A stretch of DNA of 64,000 nucleotides from Chiloscyllium plagiosum (lineage: Eukaryota), in the NCBI RefSeq assembly GCF_004010195.1, contig NC_057718.1, forward strand, positions 16,387,418 to 16,451,417. The letters are read 5' to 3'. Position numbers and translations under genes: made by a program. Below, piece by piece: positions 40,172-52,681 of the stretch. The notes beneath the pieces are model-generated. The model had not been told where the DNA came from and ran no database searches. It saw nothing but the letters and a program-made list of their open reading frames with translations. Every line of letters begins with the position of its first letter. Within the stretch, counting starts at the first letter, position 1.

Positions 40172-40639
40172 AACACAAATTCCCAGCTCGGCGCACAGAA
40201 CCACAACAACGAGCACCCGAGCTACAAATCTTTTCACAAACTTTGAATATCCAGGGTTCCTTGGAATTGCTGCCCTTGCCCTTCACTCTTAAATGAACAC
40301 ACTAGCCCAGATTTCTCACTGTACTACTTTTAAAAATTCTCATTTTCCACATGTATACTTACCTGCAAGTAGCTGCTCCCAGTCTGTTTGCTGGATCCTG
40401 CTTAATGATATTGAAGTAGGCCTCCCCCCAATTTAGACAGTTCTGCTCTTTGCTTATCCCTTTCCATAATGACTTTGAACCTTACAGCTGTATTCCTGAT
40501 TCAAAGTCATACTGGCCAATTGATCACACTTCAGCACTAGCACATCCCTGAGAGGAACCTTGGATGACAGGTGATACTGAACATTATTTCACAAAGAAAA
40601 TAAAGTTCAGGAAATGGAAATCAAACAAGACTCTTAAGT

Positions 40640-41750
40640 ATAAAGGAAGCAGAAAAGAACTTAAACAGGAATTAAGAAAGTTAGAAGGAATCTTATAATG
40701 TAGGATTTAGGAGAATCCCAAGGCATTTTATGCAGATATTAGGAGCAAGAGGGTAACTAGGAAAAGGATAGGACTGTTCAATGGCGAAAGAGCAAATTTG
40801 CGTAAAGTCAGAGGAAGTGAATGAGGTTTTTAATGGGTACTTTGCATCTGTATTCACTAGGGAGGATATGGATGATGGTAAGATTAAGGAGGTGGTATGT
40901 TAATATTCTAGAGCATGTTGATTTTAAGAAGGTGGTGGTGTTAGGTGTCTTGGAAAACATTATGACAGATAAGTCCCCAGGGGTCAAGGGTGTGTTGCTG
41001 GAAAAGCACAGCAGGTCAGGCAGCATCTGAGCAGCAGGAGAATCAATGTTTTGGGCATATGCCCTTCATCAGGAAGTCCTCAGGGCCTGATGGGATCTAG
41101 CGCAGGATACTGAGGGAGGCAAGGGAGGGGGAGATTGCTGGGACCTTTAAAAAATCTTTGTATCCTTTCTAGCCAAAGTGAGGTCCTAGAAGCCTGGAGA
41201 ATAGCCAGTGTTGCTCTTTTGTTTAAGAAATAAAACAGGGATAATCCAGAAATTATTGGCCAGTAAATCTATAGAAAATTATTGGAGAAGATTTTCAGAG
41301 ACAGAATTTACTCACATTTGGAAAAGAATGGACTTATTAGAGATAGTCAGCATGATATTATGAAGGGGAGGTCAAGGTTGTGTTTTTGAGCAAGTGATAA
41401 AGATGATTGAGGGTAGGGCAGTGGATGTTGTCTACATGGACTTTATTAAAGCATTTAACAAGGTCCATATTGGTCGGCTGATTGAGAGGATTAAAATGCA
41501 TGGATCAATGGTAATTTGGCAAATTGGATACAAAATTGGCTTGGTCATAGGAGACAGAGGGCAGTTGTGGAGGGGCATTTTTCTCACTGGAAGTCTGTGG
41601 CTAGTTTCTGCAAGGATCAGTGCTGGCATCTCTGTTGTTTATAATATGTATAATTGACTTCGATGAAAATGTAAATGGTCTCATTAGTAAATTTGCAGAT
41701 GACACGAAAATGATTTAGTTGTGGATAGTGAGGACGGTTGTCAAAGAAGC
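40640..41750 (+). mobile_element. Degraded CR1 LINE ORF2 fragment
   Basis: DKSPG; EGRAVDVVYMDFIKAFNKV; agtaaatttgcagatgacacgaaa (SKFADDTK). Confidence 0.85.
40983..41073 (-). mobile_element. 91-bp PLE-derived insertion with decayed hammerhead
   Basis: Minus strand ctgatga-a-gggc-atat-gccc-aaaa-catt; TSD aagtccccaggg / aagtcctcaggg (40971-40982 / 41074-41085). Confidence 0.75.
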
Positions 41751-43208
41751 AAGTGTGTTTATGACAGCTGTCAGGTATTAAGTAAATTGAAAACCCAGCT
41801 GAATACAGAAGGTTCAGAAGGAAGGGGAGATAGCGTGTATGAGAAGGAAAGTGGAATTACGGGAAATGACAACAGCTAATATAAAAGGAAATCCCAAAGG
41901 AATTTCTTTTCTGAGGGTAGTGAATCTGTGAAATTCTTGACCATTTTTGATAGATTTCCCTCCATGAAGTTTGAATGGCAAAATCAAAGCACATGGGCAA
42001 AGAGGTAATGGACTGTCATTGATTAAGCATTGAATAACAGACAGCAAACAACACCTAATTTCTTAGGCTTTCAATTTATTATACATTGGTAGAAATATTT
42101 GTTATGCTATGTTTAGTAGTGCAACTGTGTTCCTTATTGCCTAAAATGACACTTTTCTCTGACAGATACTGTTCAGTCTCCATCTGTTGAAACTGTATTC
42201 TCCTTTTCAATGATTGCTTCCCACCCTGCTTGAGGCTGTTTTCTTTATACTGAACCACCCTTCTGGGCTGAATGGTTTATCAATCCCAGAGCTATAAAGA
42301 TTGGCAGCACCTCATCTATATATCAGGCTTTTTAATGTTTTTTTTATCCAATTTGGACTCAGTAAATTTCATGCTGGTTAAAGAGTTATCATATGATTTA
42401 ATGCTGTTGTTGAACCATTAATCTGCCTTGGTTGTTTAGTGAAAATGTAACATTCCCACAATCCAGGAGGAAGCCAGTGCCTACTGGCAAATGCATTTTA
42501 TTAAGATTAGAGAAGTTGACATATATTGAGATCAAATTAAACCTGAAGTATGAGTGTTCAGTAGAAATGAGTGGAAAAACAAAATAGATGCGTCAGCTAC
42601 GATGGACAGACTAAAAATCATTAATGTTCCAGGTGTACAAACTTCATCAGAATTTGTATTTTTCTGTTTTGTTTCCGACTTCTAGCATCTGGAGTTTAAT
42701 GTATTTAACTATGTTGTTGCTTTTCTGTTACGAGCTATCTTGAAGATAGTGCTTAACGTCCTACTGCTAACTTTTACATCATGTGGGCGTTCTGCAGTTT
42801 GTATGTAAAGATTAAATTATGAGGGAAAATAATAAGACTATATACTATTGTTAATTTCATGGTTCTTTGAAAATCTTAAGTCTCTGTGCATAAATCACTC
42901 TTGACTTGGCCTTTCTCCTTATTCTGACTTTAACAGTCATTTTTGACTTTGGTGTGGAGTGGAGCAGAAAGCCAGGAAGACATTCCTTTTTGCATTGAGT
43001 TTTAAATGAACTTAACATATCGGTTTTTAAATTTTTTACTACTTACTTTTGCTATTTCCAATTACAATAATGTTGTAATATTGCTGCAGCTTTTTGCTAT
43101 TTCAGTCCCTGTAAAAGGCAAACGTTTCAACTTTGAAAAATTCCTCTTAAATAACTTGAGTTTCACGAATCATTTCCTTGTGAGATTGCGCCAGTGTGTT
43201 TATATATA

Positions 43209-43350
43209 CAGAACAACCTCGACTATCTGAACGAGGCGGGCGGGAGTATTTTGTTCCAATAACTGATTGTTCGTATAATGGATAACGTCTTTACAGGACC
43301 TTGAGATCTTGTTCGGATAATCCACAATTCAGATCACTGAGGTTATTCTG
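43209..43350. mobile_element. TA-flanked MITE (Tc1/mariner-pogo type)
   Basis: TIRs cagaacaacctcgactatctgaa / cagaataacctcagtgatctgaa; TA on both sides. Confidence 0.75.
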
Positions 43351-43624
43351 TAAAGTTGAATTTATTTCTAAGAATAAGGAAATCTATATGAGTAGCAAAC
43401 AAACAAACATTCCTTACGGCAATAATTACTGTTCTCAAAAAGAAAGTCATTTACTTCCTATGTACATGCATTTGATTATGTAATATATACCAGCACATAG
43501 AATTTTGTTTATCTCAATTTTGGGAAAGATGAAGATAATGTTGTTGTGGTACATGTAACTGCAGATTGATATACCTCCTGAGAAGGTAGAGCTGAAATGC
43601 TGAAAATATTAAAAACCCAATGAA

Positions 43625-43950
43625 TCTGTAAGATGGAGTTAATGGATAAAAGGCTGGTTTGCGGGATGGATTGGGCTATGCTCCTGACTCTCTGTAGTTT
43701 CTTGCGGTCTTGAGAGAAACAGTTTCCAAACCACACTGTAATGTATTCAGATAGAATGCTTTCTATGGTACATCTATAAAAATTGGTAAAAGTCCTTGTG
43801 GACATGCCAAATTTCCTGAGCCTCCTGAGGAAGTAGTGACATTGTTGTGCTTTCTTGACCATTCATCGACATGGGTGAACCAGTACAGATTGTTGGTGAT
43901 CATCATTCCCAGGAACTTGATGCTTTTGACCATCTCTACCTCAGCACCAT
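43625..43950 (-). mobile_element. Rex1/Babar-like LINE 3' fragment
   Basis: KKAQQCHYFLRRLRKFGMS...NFYRCTIESILS..ITVWFGN...DRKKLQRV. Confidence 0.75.
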
Positions 43951-44444
43951 TCCACCATTCCACTCCTGAAGCCAGTGACCGGCTCCTTCAATTTGGTGAT
44001 GCTTTGCTTAATGTGTCCAATGTGTTTTTATGGTTCCTCTATTTCATTTGTCTTGTATACCTGTACTGCAGAGTTCTGATGCATGTTAGCCATGACAATA
44101 AAAGAATGTTAGACTACAAGATTACTTTATGGTACACATGTGGTAAACATTTTAAAACAATCTCCAACTTCAAGCGAGTTGGGATGTTTAAAGATAGAAT
44201 TAAATAACTTTGCCCTAATGATGATAAAATGAAGGGTATGTCGATTAGTTGATCTTAGAGTAGGATAAACGGCCAAAGGGCCTGTACTGTACTGTGCTGT
44301 GCTGTTCTATGTTCTACATTGCAGATAAGATCTTTCTGAAAAAACTTGAATTTCTTTTTCAAAATCATGTTAAATAAGGAAACTGCTTCTTTAAGATTTT
44401 TGTTTCCAGTCCAATCATTAATTGTTATAGCTTGTTGGAGAGAG

Positions 44445-44547
44445 CCCACAAGCCTCATTCCTGATGAAGGGCTTATACTTGAAACATCGATTCTCCTGCT
44501 CCTTGGATGCTGCCTGACCGGCTGTGTTTTTTTCAGCACCACACTCT
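44445..44547 (+). mobile_element. Short PLE-derived element with hammerhead motif
   Basis: attc-CUGAUGA(44461)-agggcttatactt-GAAA-c-AUC-gattctcctgctccttggatgctgcctgacc; same family as 17461-17819. Confidence 0.7.
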
Positions 44548-44744
44548 TTAATACAATTATTCGACCCTGGGGTGGAGTGGAGCAAGGCTTTTTTTTTGCA
44601 TAGTGTTTTAAATTAACTTATATAGTTTTTAAGAAAAATATCTGCTTTATATTTACTGTTTCTGATTTTATACTCATTCCTTTGCCTTTTAAACAAAAAT
44701 GTATAGGTGTTTTATTTTTACAATACCTTTGAGAAGCAAATCTT

Positions 44745-45610
44745 GTCATGCATGCTCAGCTTAATACATTAGCATGGATAGAGGAATGACTAACTAATAG
44801 AAGACAGAGTTTGGATAAGGTGGTGTGTTCTCAGGATGGCAACCTGTAACTAGTGGAGTGCCACAGAGATCAATGCTGAGGTCACAGTTATTTACAGTAT
44901 ACATTGATGACTTGGATGCGGTTAGTGAATGTACTATAACCAAATTTATGGATGACACAAAATTCTTAGAAAGGCAAGTTAGGATGACACACACAACCTG
45001 CAAAAAGTGGGCACAAACTTGGCAGATGGAATATAATGTGGAGAAATGTGAGGTTATGCACTTTGACAGAAAGAATAGAGGAGCAGAATAATGTTTAAAT
45101 GGAGAAAGACTGCAGAAAACTATGGATCAGAGGGATTTAGGATACTAGAATCCAAGTTAATTAATTGGCACGACAAATGGAATGTTGGCTTTTATTTCAA
45201 AGGGAGAGGCCCATAAAAGTAGGACCATTTTCCCAAAAGCTATACAAGGCTAGTTAGACTACAGCTGAAATATTGTGAACAGTTTTGGGCTGTTGTCTAA
45301 GAAGAGACTTATTCACAATGGAGGCAGTCCAGAGAAGGTTCACGGAGCCCAATGTCAGATATGGTATGGAAGAGTGAGGACTACAGATGCTGGAGATCAG
45401 AGTCAAGAGTGGGGTGCTGGAAAAGCATAGCAGTCAGGCAGCATCTGAGGAGCCAGAGAATTGATGTTTTCAGGCAAGAGCCCTTCATCAGGAATAGGTT
45501 TCCTGATGAAGAACTCTTGCCTGAAACGTTGATTCTGCTGCTCATCAGATATCGTATGACAGCTGTATGCGGAGAACCTGAGTGGATTGGCCCTGTACTC
45601 ATTGGAATAT
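44745..45610 (+). mobile_element. Degraded CR1 RT fragment
   Basis: WQPVTSGVPQRSML...YIDDLD...KFMDDTK...WQMEYNVEKCEVMHF. Confidence 0.85.
45371..45560. mobile_element. PLE-derived fold-back element with two divergent hammerhead motifs
   Basis: ...gcccttcatcaggaa-taggt-ttcctgatgaagaac...gcctgaaacgtt; inverted arms; sits inside a CR1. Confidence 0.75.
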
Positions 45611-46279
45611 AAAAAAAAACTTATGGACCGGGCCAGGCCCCCTCAAAATATCTTAAGACGGTAGCCTGGACCCTGACTTTTCTTATTTTAAAAGCAGAAA
45701 GAGAATTCTGGGCAATCCAGGATGAAGGCAGGAAAATATTGTGGCTATAAGAGCTGCTCCTTTTTTGAGGTAATTTAGGTGTTGGATGTGATTTCTTCGA
45801 ATTCCAGGAGCAACAATTACTATTTTATAAGCTGTTGCATTATTTTGGAACTTTGGGGGAAAACAGATCAAAATAACGGCACTTTAACAAGGAGGAAGAC
45901 AGACAAAGGCAGTAACCATTTGGTCAGAGAAAGAAACCTACGCTGCTGTCTGACACAGCAGTGAATCTACACAGGTGTTTGCATTCAATTATCTCTGGAG
46001 ATCGGAGCGTGTCCAGGGAAAAATAACAAACAGAGAAATTCATAGCTGACCTTGAAGGAACGTGTGGGAGAGCTCACAACACAAGAGCAAATAAGTACAT
46101 AGTTTTTAAGTGTAACCTTGCTATAAATCTGCAGTAGTGAGTAGATTGGGTTCTTTCTTGATTATATGTTTTATTGAGAACTGTCTCTTGATTAAATTCT
46201 AAAAATATAAACCATAAGTATTAAGTTGGCATGGAGCAGTGTTTTTTTAGAACAGTAAGATGGTGCCGATCGGTAGATT

Positions 46280-49200
46280 GTGAAGGAGCAATGATGGCCT
46301 TTAGGAGAGTGATGCGCTTTTCATGTTACTGATAATTATGTCGGCAGTAAGTGTCTTTGGTTGCAAATCATGTCAAATTGCATGGAGCGGCAGTTAGAGG
46401 CAATAAGGAATTTACAGGAGCTTGGGGTGTGATGGATGGCAGTTGTAGGAAGGGAGGAAAGTTCAGATACAGTCAGGTAGATGTATTAATTGCAGGAAAG
46501 GTAGGAGACAGAGGCAGGTAGTGCAGGAGTCTTCTGTGGCTATCCCCATTTCAAACAACTATGCTGTTTTGGAAAAGTTTGGGGGTGATGGACTCTCAGG
46601 AGAACATAGCATGAACAGCCAGGTTTCTGGTACCAAGACACGCTGTAACGTAAGAGGGGTACGTCAGGTTCCAAGTGATCGATTGTGATAGAGGACTTTC
46701 TAGTTAGAGGCACAGACAGACGTTTCTGCAGCCAGTAACAAAAAATCAGAATGGTGTTTTGCCTTCCTGGTGCTAGGTTCAAGAATATCTCGGAGAGGGT
46801 GCAGAATGTTCTCAAAGGGAGACTGACCAGCAGGAGGTCATTGTTCACATTGGAACTAACAACATAGGAAGGGAAAGGGATGAGATTCTGAACGGACAAT
46901 ATAGAAAATTAGGCAGGAATTTAAAAAGGAGGTTCTCAAGAGTGGTAATATCTGGATTAGTCCTGGTACTACGAGCTGGTGAGGGTCGGAATAAGAGGAT
47001 AGAGCAGATGAATGCGTGGCAGATGAGCTGGTGCAGGAGAGAAGGGTTCACATTTTTGGATCATTGGAATCACTTCTGGGGTAGAAGTGACCTGTACAGG
47101 ATGGCTGGATTGCACCTGAATTGGAAGGGGACTAATAAACTGGCAGGGAGATTTGCTAGAGCTGCTCGGGAGGATTTTAAACTAGTAAGGTGGGGGGGGT
47201 TCGGAAGTAGTGAGGAAAGAGATCAGTCTGAGACTGGTACGGTTGGGAAAAGGTTCAAGTCAAACAGTCAGGGCAGGCAGGAACAAAGCAGAGAACAAGA
47301 TAAAACTGCATTTATTTCAATGCAAGAGGCCTAATAGAGAAGGCACATGAACTTGGGGCATGGTTAGGAATATGGGACTGGTATACCATAGCAATTACAG
47401 AGATGTGGCTCAGGGATGGACAGAACTGGCAGCTTAATGTTCCAGAATACAAAAGCGGGAAGTGGCGTTTTTGATAAGAGATAGCATTACAGATGTGCTG
47501 AGGGTGGATATTCCTGGCAGTACATCCAGGCAAGTTATTTGGGTGGAACTGAGAAATAAGAAAGGGATGATCACCTTATTGGGATTGTTTATAGACCCCC
47601 TAATAGTCAGAGGGAAGTTAAGAAACAAATTTGTAAGGAGATCTCAGTTATCTATAAGAATAATAAGGTAGTTATGGTAGGGGATTTTAACTTTCCAAAC
47701 ATAGACTGGGACTGCCATAGTGTTAAGGGTTTAGATGGAGAGGAATTTAAATGTGTCCAAGAACATTTTCTGATTCAGTATGTTGATGTAGCTACTAGAG
47801 AAGATGTAAAATCTGATCTCCTTTTGGGAAATAAAGCAGGGCAGGTGACTGTGGTATCAGTGGGGGAGCACTTTGGGGCCAGCGACCATAATTCTATTAG
47901 TTTTAAAATAGTGATGATACAGGATGGACTGGATATAAAAGTTAAAGCTCTAAGTTGGAGGAAGGCCGATTCTGATGGTATTAGGCAAGAACTTTCAAAA
48001 GTTGATCGGGGTATAGATGTTCACAGGTAAAGGAATGGTTGGAAAATGGGAAACCTTCAAAAATGAGATGCCCTGAGTTCATCTGCCTTTTCTGTTAGGT
48101 CTCTAGCATTGAAATACATGCAGGTTAATTCATCAGTGCTACCTTGTTTTCTGCTTTGTTCCTGCCTGCCCTGACTGTTTGACTTGATCATTTTCCCAAT
48201 CGTCCCAGTCTCAGACCGATTTCTTTCCTCACTACTTCCCTGGGTCCGAACTCCCCCCGACTCCACCCCGTTCCCCCCTCCCCCACCACATTACCAGTTT
48301 AAAATCCTCCTGACCAGCTCTAGCAAATCTCCCTGCCAGTTTGTTAGTCCGCTTCTAATTCAGAGACATTATTTTCCTGTTAGGGTGAAAGGAAAGGCTG
48401 GTAGGTGTAGGGAATGCTACACTAGAGAAATTGAGGTTTTGGTTCAGAAAAAGAAGGAAGCATATGTCAGGTATATACAGCACAGATCGAGAGAATCCTT
48501 ATCAGAGTATAAAGGCAGGAGGAGTATACTGAAGCTGGAAATCAGGAGGGCAAAAAGGGCACATGAGATAGCTTTGGTAAATAGGGTTAAGGATTCTATA
48601 AAGCGATTCTATAAGTACGTTAAGGACAAAAGGGTAACTAGGGAGAGAATACGGCCCCTTAAAAAACAGCAAGGCAGCCTGTATGTGGGACCACAGGAGA
48701 TAGGGCAGTTACCAAACGGGTATTTTGCCTTAGTGTTTACTGTGGAGAAGGATATGGAAGATATAGAATGTGAGGAAATACATGGTGACATCTTGCAAAA
48801 TGTCCATATTACAAAGGAGGTGGTGCTGGATGTCTTAAAATGCATAAAGGTGGATAAATCCCCAGGACCTGATCAATTGTACCTGGAACTCTGTGGGAAG
48901 CTGGGCCCCTTGCTGAGATATTTGTATCATTGATAGTCACAAGAGAAGTGCCAGAAGACTGAAGGTTGGCTAACGTGGTGCCGCTACTTAAGAAAAGTCG
49001 TAAAGAAAAGCCAGGGAACTAGACCGGTGAGCCTGGCATTGGTGGTGGGCAAGTTGTTAGAGGGAATCCTGAGTTACAGGATGTACATGCATTTGGAAAG
49101 GCAAGGACTGATTAGGGATCGTCAACATGGCTCTGTGCGTGAGAAATCTTGTCTCACGAACTTGAAGAGTTTTTTGAAGAAGTAACCAAGTGGATTGATG

Positions 49201-50385
49201 AGTGATGATTGATGAGTGATGATTGATCATATATGGACTTCAGTAAGGCATTTGACAAGGTTCCTCATAGTACACTGGTTAGCAAGATTAGATCGCATGG
49301 AATACAGGGAGAACTACCATTTGGGTACAGAACTGGCTGAAAGGTATAAGACAGAGGGTGGTGCTGGAGGTTTACATTTCAGACTGGACGCCTGTGACCA
49401 GTGGTCTGTCACAAGGATTGGTGCTGGGTACACTGATTTTCATCATTCATATAAATGGTTTTGATATGAACATAAGAGGTATGCTTAGTAGGTTTACAGA
49501 TAACACCAAAATTGGAGGAGTAGTGGACAGTGAAGAAGGTTACCTCAGTGTGCAATGGTATCTTGATCAGATGGGCCAATTAGCTGAGAAGTGGCAGATG
49601 GAGTTTAGTTTCGATAAATGTGAGGTGCTGCATTTTGGAAAGGAAAATCAGAGCAGGATTTACACACTTAATTGTAAGGTGCTGGGGGTGTTGCTGTACA
49701 AAGAGACCTTGGGGTGCAGGTTCTGAAAGTGGGGTCTCAGGTAGATAGGATAGTGAAGGTATGCTTTCCTTTATTGGCCAGAGCACTGGGTATAGGAGTT
49801 GGGAGGTCATGTTGTGGCTGTACAGGCCATTGGTTAGGCCACTTTTGGAATATTGCATGCAATTCTGGTCTCCCTCCTATAGGAAAGATGTTGTGAAACT
49901 TGAAACGATTCAGAAAAGATTCACCAGGATATTGCCAGGGTTGGAGGATTTGAGCTATAGGGAGAGGGTGAATAGGCTGGGGCTGTTTTCCCTGGAGTGT
50001 TGGAGCCTGAGGGGTGACCTTATAGAGGTTTATAAAATCATGAAGGGCATAGACAGGGTAAATAGACAAGGTCTTTTCTCTGGGTTAGTGGATTCCAGAA
50101 CTAGAGGGCATAGGTTTAGCATGAGAGAGGAAAGATTTAAAAGGGACCTAAGGAGCAACTTTTTCACACAGAGTGTGGTCCGTGTATGGAATGAGCTGCC
50201 AGAGGAAGTGGTGGAGGCTGATACAATTACCACATTTAAGTGGCATTTGGATGGGTATATGAATAGCCAGGGTTTAGAGGGATAGGGGTCAAGTGCTGGC
50301 AAATGGGACTAGATTAGGTTAGGTGGTCAGCATTCACGAATTGGACGAAGGGTCTGTTTCATTGCGGTAAATTTCTATGACTCTG
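46280..50385 (+). mobile_element. Near full-length decayed CR1 LINE (ORF1 SGNH-esterase-like, APE endonuclease, RT, 3' tail)
   Basis: ORF1 GLHLNWKGTNKLA; endonuclease IAITEMWL, GDFNFPNIDW, SDHNSI; RT; tatgactc tail; multiple stops and frameshifts. Confidence 0.92.
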
Positions 50386-52681
50386 ACTTTCGATATGAAG
50401 TGGATATTCCAGGTGTGATGCAACTGGTCAAACTACTCGGCTTTAAGCGAAACAGAATTTATTTAAATATTACAGTTGAAATACGAACAAAAAGCGGAAT
50501 TTAGAATGACTTAACTGTTGGAAAACTTAACTGACCTGATACAGTAACTATTACTAAGTAAGTGTTCAATACGGTAACATTCCATAAACACACCCCTTGG
50601 CAAAAAGTTAAATTCAAACATGGATACTTACAGGCAGGAGGGAACGAAATGCAAAGAGAGATTTCAGCAGAAGGTCAGAGGAGTTCTTTACTGAAGCTTG
50701 GACACACATCTTATGACTGATACAGCTGAAACAAAATACAGACAAAAACTGAACTGGAAGAACTGGACACTCCCCTTCCATTATTAAACTAGCATCTTCT
50801 AAGGCACCTTTGCTTTTACGATTTCTGTGAAACAATCCAAGGACAAAATAACCTTTTAAAGTGACAGCATCATCACAAAAATAAGAGGTGACCTTATTGA
50901 AATGTACAGTATTTTTAGGGAAATTTCCAGCATAGATGTGGAGAGAGTCTAGGAGCAGAGAGCACAAGAAATTACTTCTCTGAGCTTGTGAATTCTTTGT
51001 TGAAAAGGGCTGGTGAAGCCTAGTCATTAAGTGTATGCAAGGCTGAGATTTTTAATCAGTAAGGGAATTAATGGTTGTGGGGATAAAGAGCAAGAAAATG
51101 GAGTTGAGGATTATGAAAAAGCACTGTTCTGTGCTGTACTGTACTGTACTGTACTGTTCAGACTTGATGGGCTGAATGGCCTATTCTCCTACATATTATT
51201 GCCTAATCCTGAGTGAAAAGAAATGTCTGACAACAGCATAATATTGTTGCCAAATGTATCTAAAGGATGATATGCAGATTTAGCTTGGGTGTTGAACTGT
51301 TCCAATGCTCTGCTTAATCCGAGGTATCAAACTGCTTTAAAAAAATCAAAATATAAAGGCATAAATTGAAGTAACAATATAACTTGCTCATTCCAACTTC
51401 AGATTACCCTACTGGTAAAGAAAAGTTGATGTGCTCTACTGCAGTTTGTTTTATACTCAGTGGCACTAAAATACTTTTAGAATAATTATGATATTAAATC
51501 AAGTGTAAACCATCTCAATTGTCTTCCTTGATCATATCTTTCCTGCATATTTTTAAAGGATCACCAATTCATTTAAAATAGTTTTGCTTGGAGTCACCTC
51601 TTCAGCTATTCTTACTGTTGTTCCCATCAGCATTTAAGTTTTATATTGCATTTACTTTATGGCATTATTCGCTAAGGAAACACAATTCATCTCTGATGAC
51701 ACCCAATACTGGGAGCAAAGTGGGGATGGTATTAGAGTAGGCCTGAAATCTGAAGATAGAGAAACTGTGGCCAGATGGCATTAAGAGAGAGGACTTGAAA
51801 TTTGAATATAGAGAAACAGTAGCTAGGCAAGAGGCTGAGAGAACAGGGCAGGCCATGTCTGTTCCAGATCCTTTCAACAATTGGGGAACTGCACAGTGTA
51901 AAAATATATTAACATAATTGGTTGTGTGTCAAGGGACGTTTAAGATAGAATAGGGAAAAATCATAAGGTTTTCTTGTTATCTCAAAAGTATTCCAAAGAT
52001 GGTTGCTTATAAGTAAGTTATGATTTGATTCAGGTGCTAACCTCTTCTATTGTAAACTGATTTTTTTTAATGTGTTCATTTCTAATTTTTAGACTTCTAA
52101 CTAATAAGCTGCCATTGGTAGCAAGTTTGATTGAATTTATGTGTTCCCAATGTATATTTATATACTTTATATTTTAATATGATATGCATGAGTCTTTGTT
52201 TCTTTGTGTATGCATGTAAGAAAAAACTTAAATAAGTTGAATTTGAATTCCATCTGTTTACACACTATTTGGTAATGTCAAATTCTTCTCAAATCCATCT
52301 AAGTATAATAGTTAGGTTGTAATTGCAAGTTTTAGCCTGATTTCTATCAATTTGTGGCAGCCCGTCAATGATGTAAGATTGCAATCTGGTTTAGTTGACG
52401 TAGTGGTATATCCCATCAGATCATGGGTGACGGAAGATTGTCTATTGGGATGGGAGAATTGCTAAGAGAAAGTGAATGCTGACTAGGAAGAGTATAGCTG
52501 GCAAAATTGTTTGTAAAATGTACTTGAACCTTGGACCATGGTGCACAGTGGATTATAGATTTGAGAGAGTAACAATGCACTGAGTTGTGGAGAACATTCA
52601 GGAAGATGGTCTAAAAGAGAGGCTTCAGACAACTTGTAGGCTCAAAAAAACCTTTTTCAAGTTTACTATTAAAATTACCTG

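Larger units (their letters stand above)
38669..40246. mobile_element. Penelope-like retroelement with GIY-YIG endonuclease C-terminus and inverted pseudo-LTRs, spanning the gap
   Basis: ORF 38845-39228 (-) IGQTGRQLTIRIHEH...REFLEAWHS...SINKHIDL; 38669-38817 is an inverted copy of 40060-40207; 12-bp TSD atatccagggtt (38657-38668 / 40247-40258). Confidence 0.88.
36770..40490 (-). mobile_element. Degraded CR1 LINE ORF2, split by a Penelope insertion
   Basis: ORFs 37217-37507 and 37605-37835 with RT motifs; host sequence continues after the TSD at 40258. Confidence 0.85.

Noticed and set aside
39187..40296. Long ORFs of 305-369 aa
   Set aside because: Artefacts of translating through the N gap
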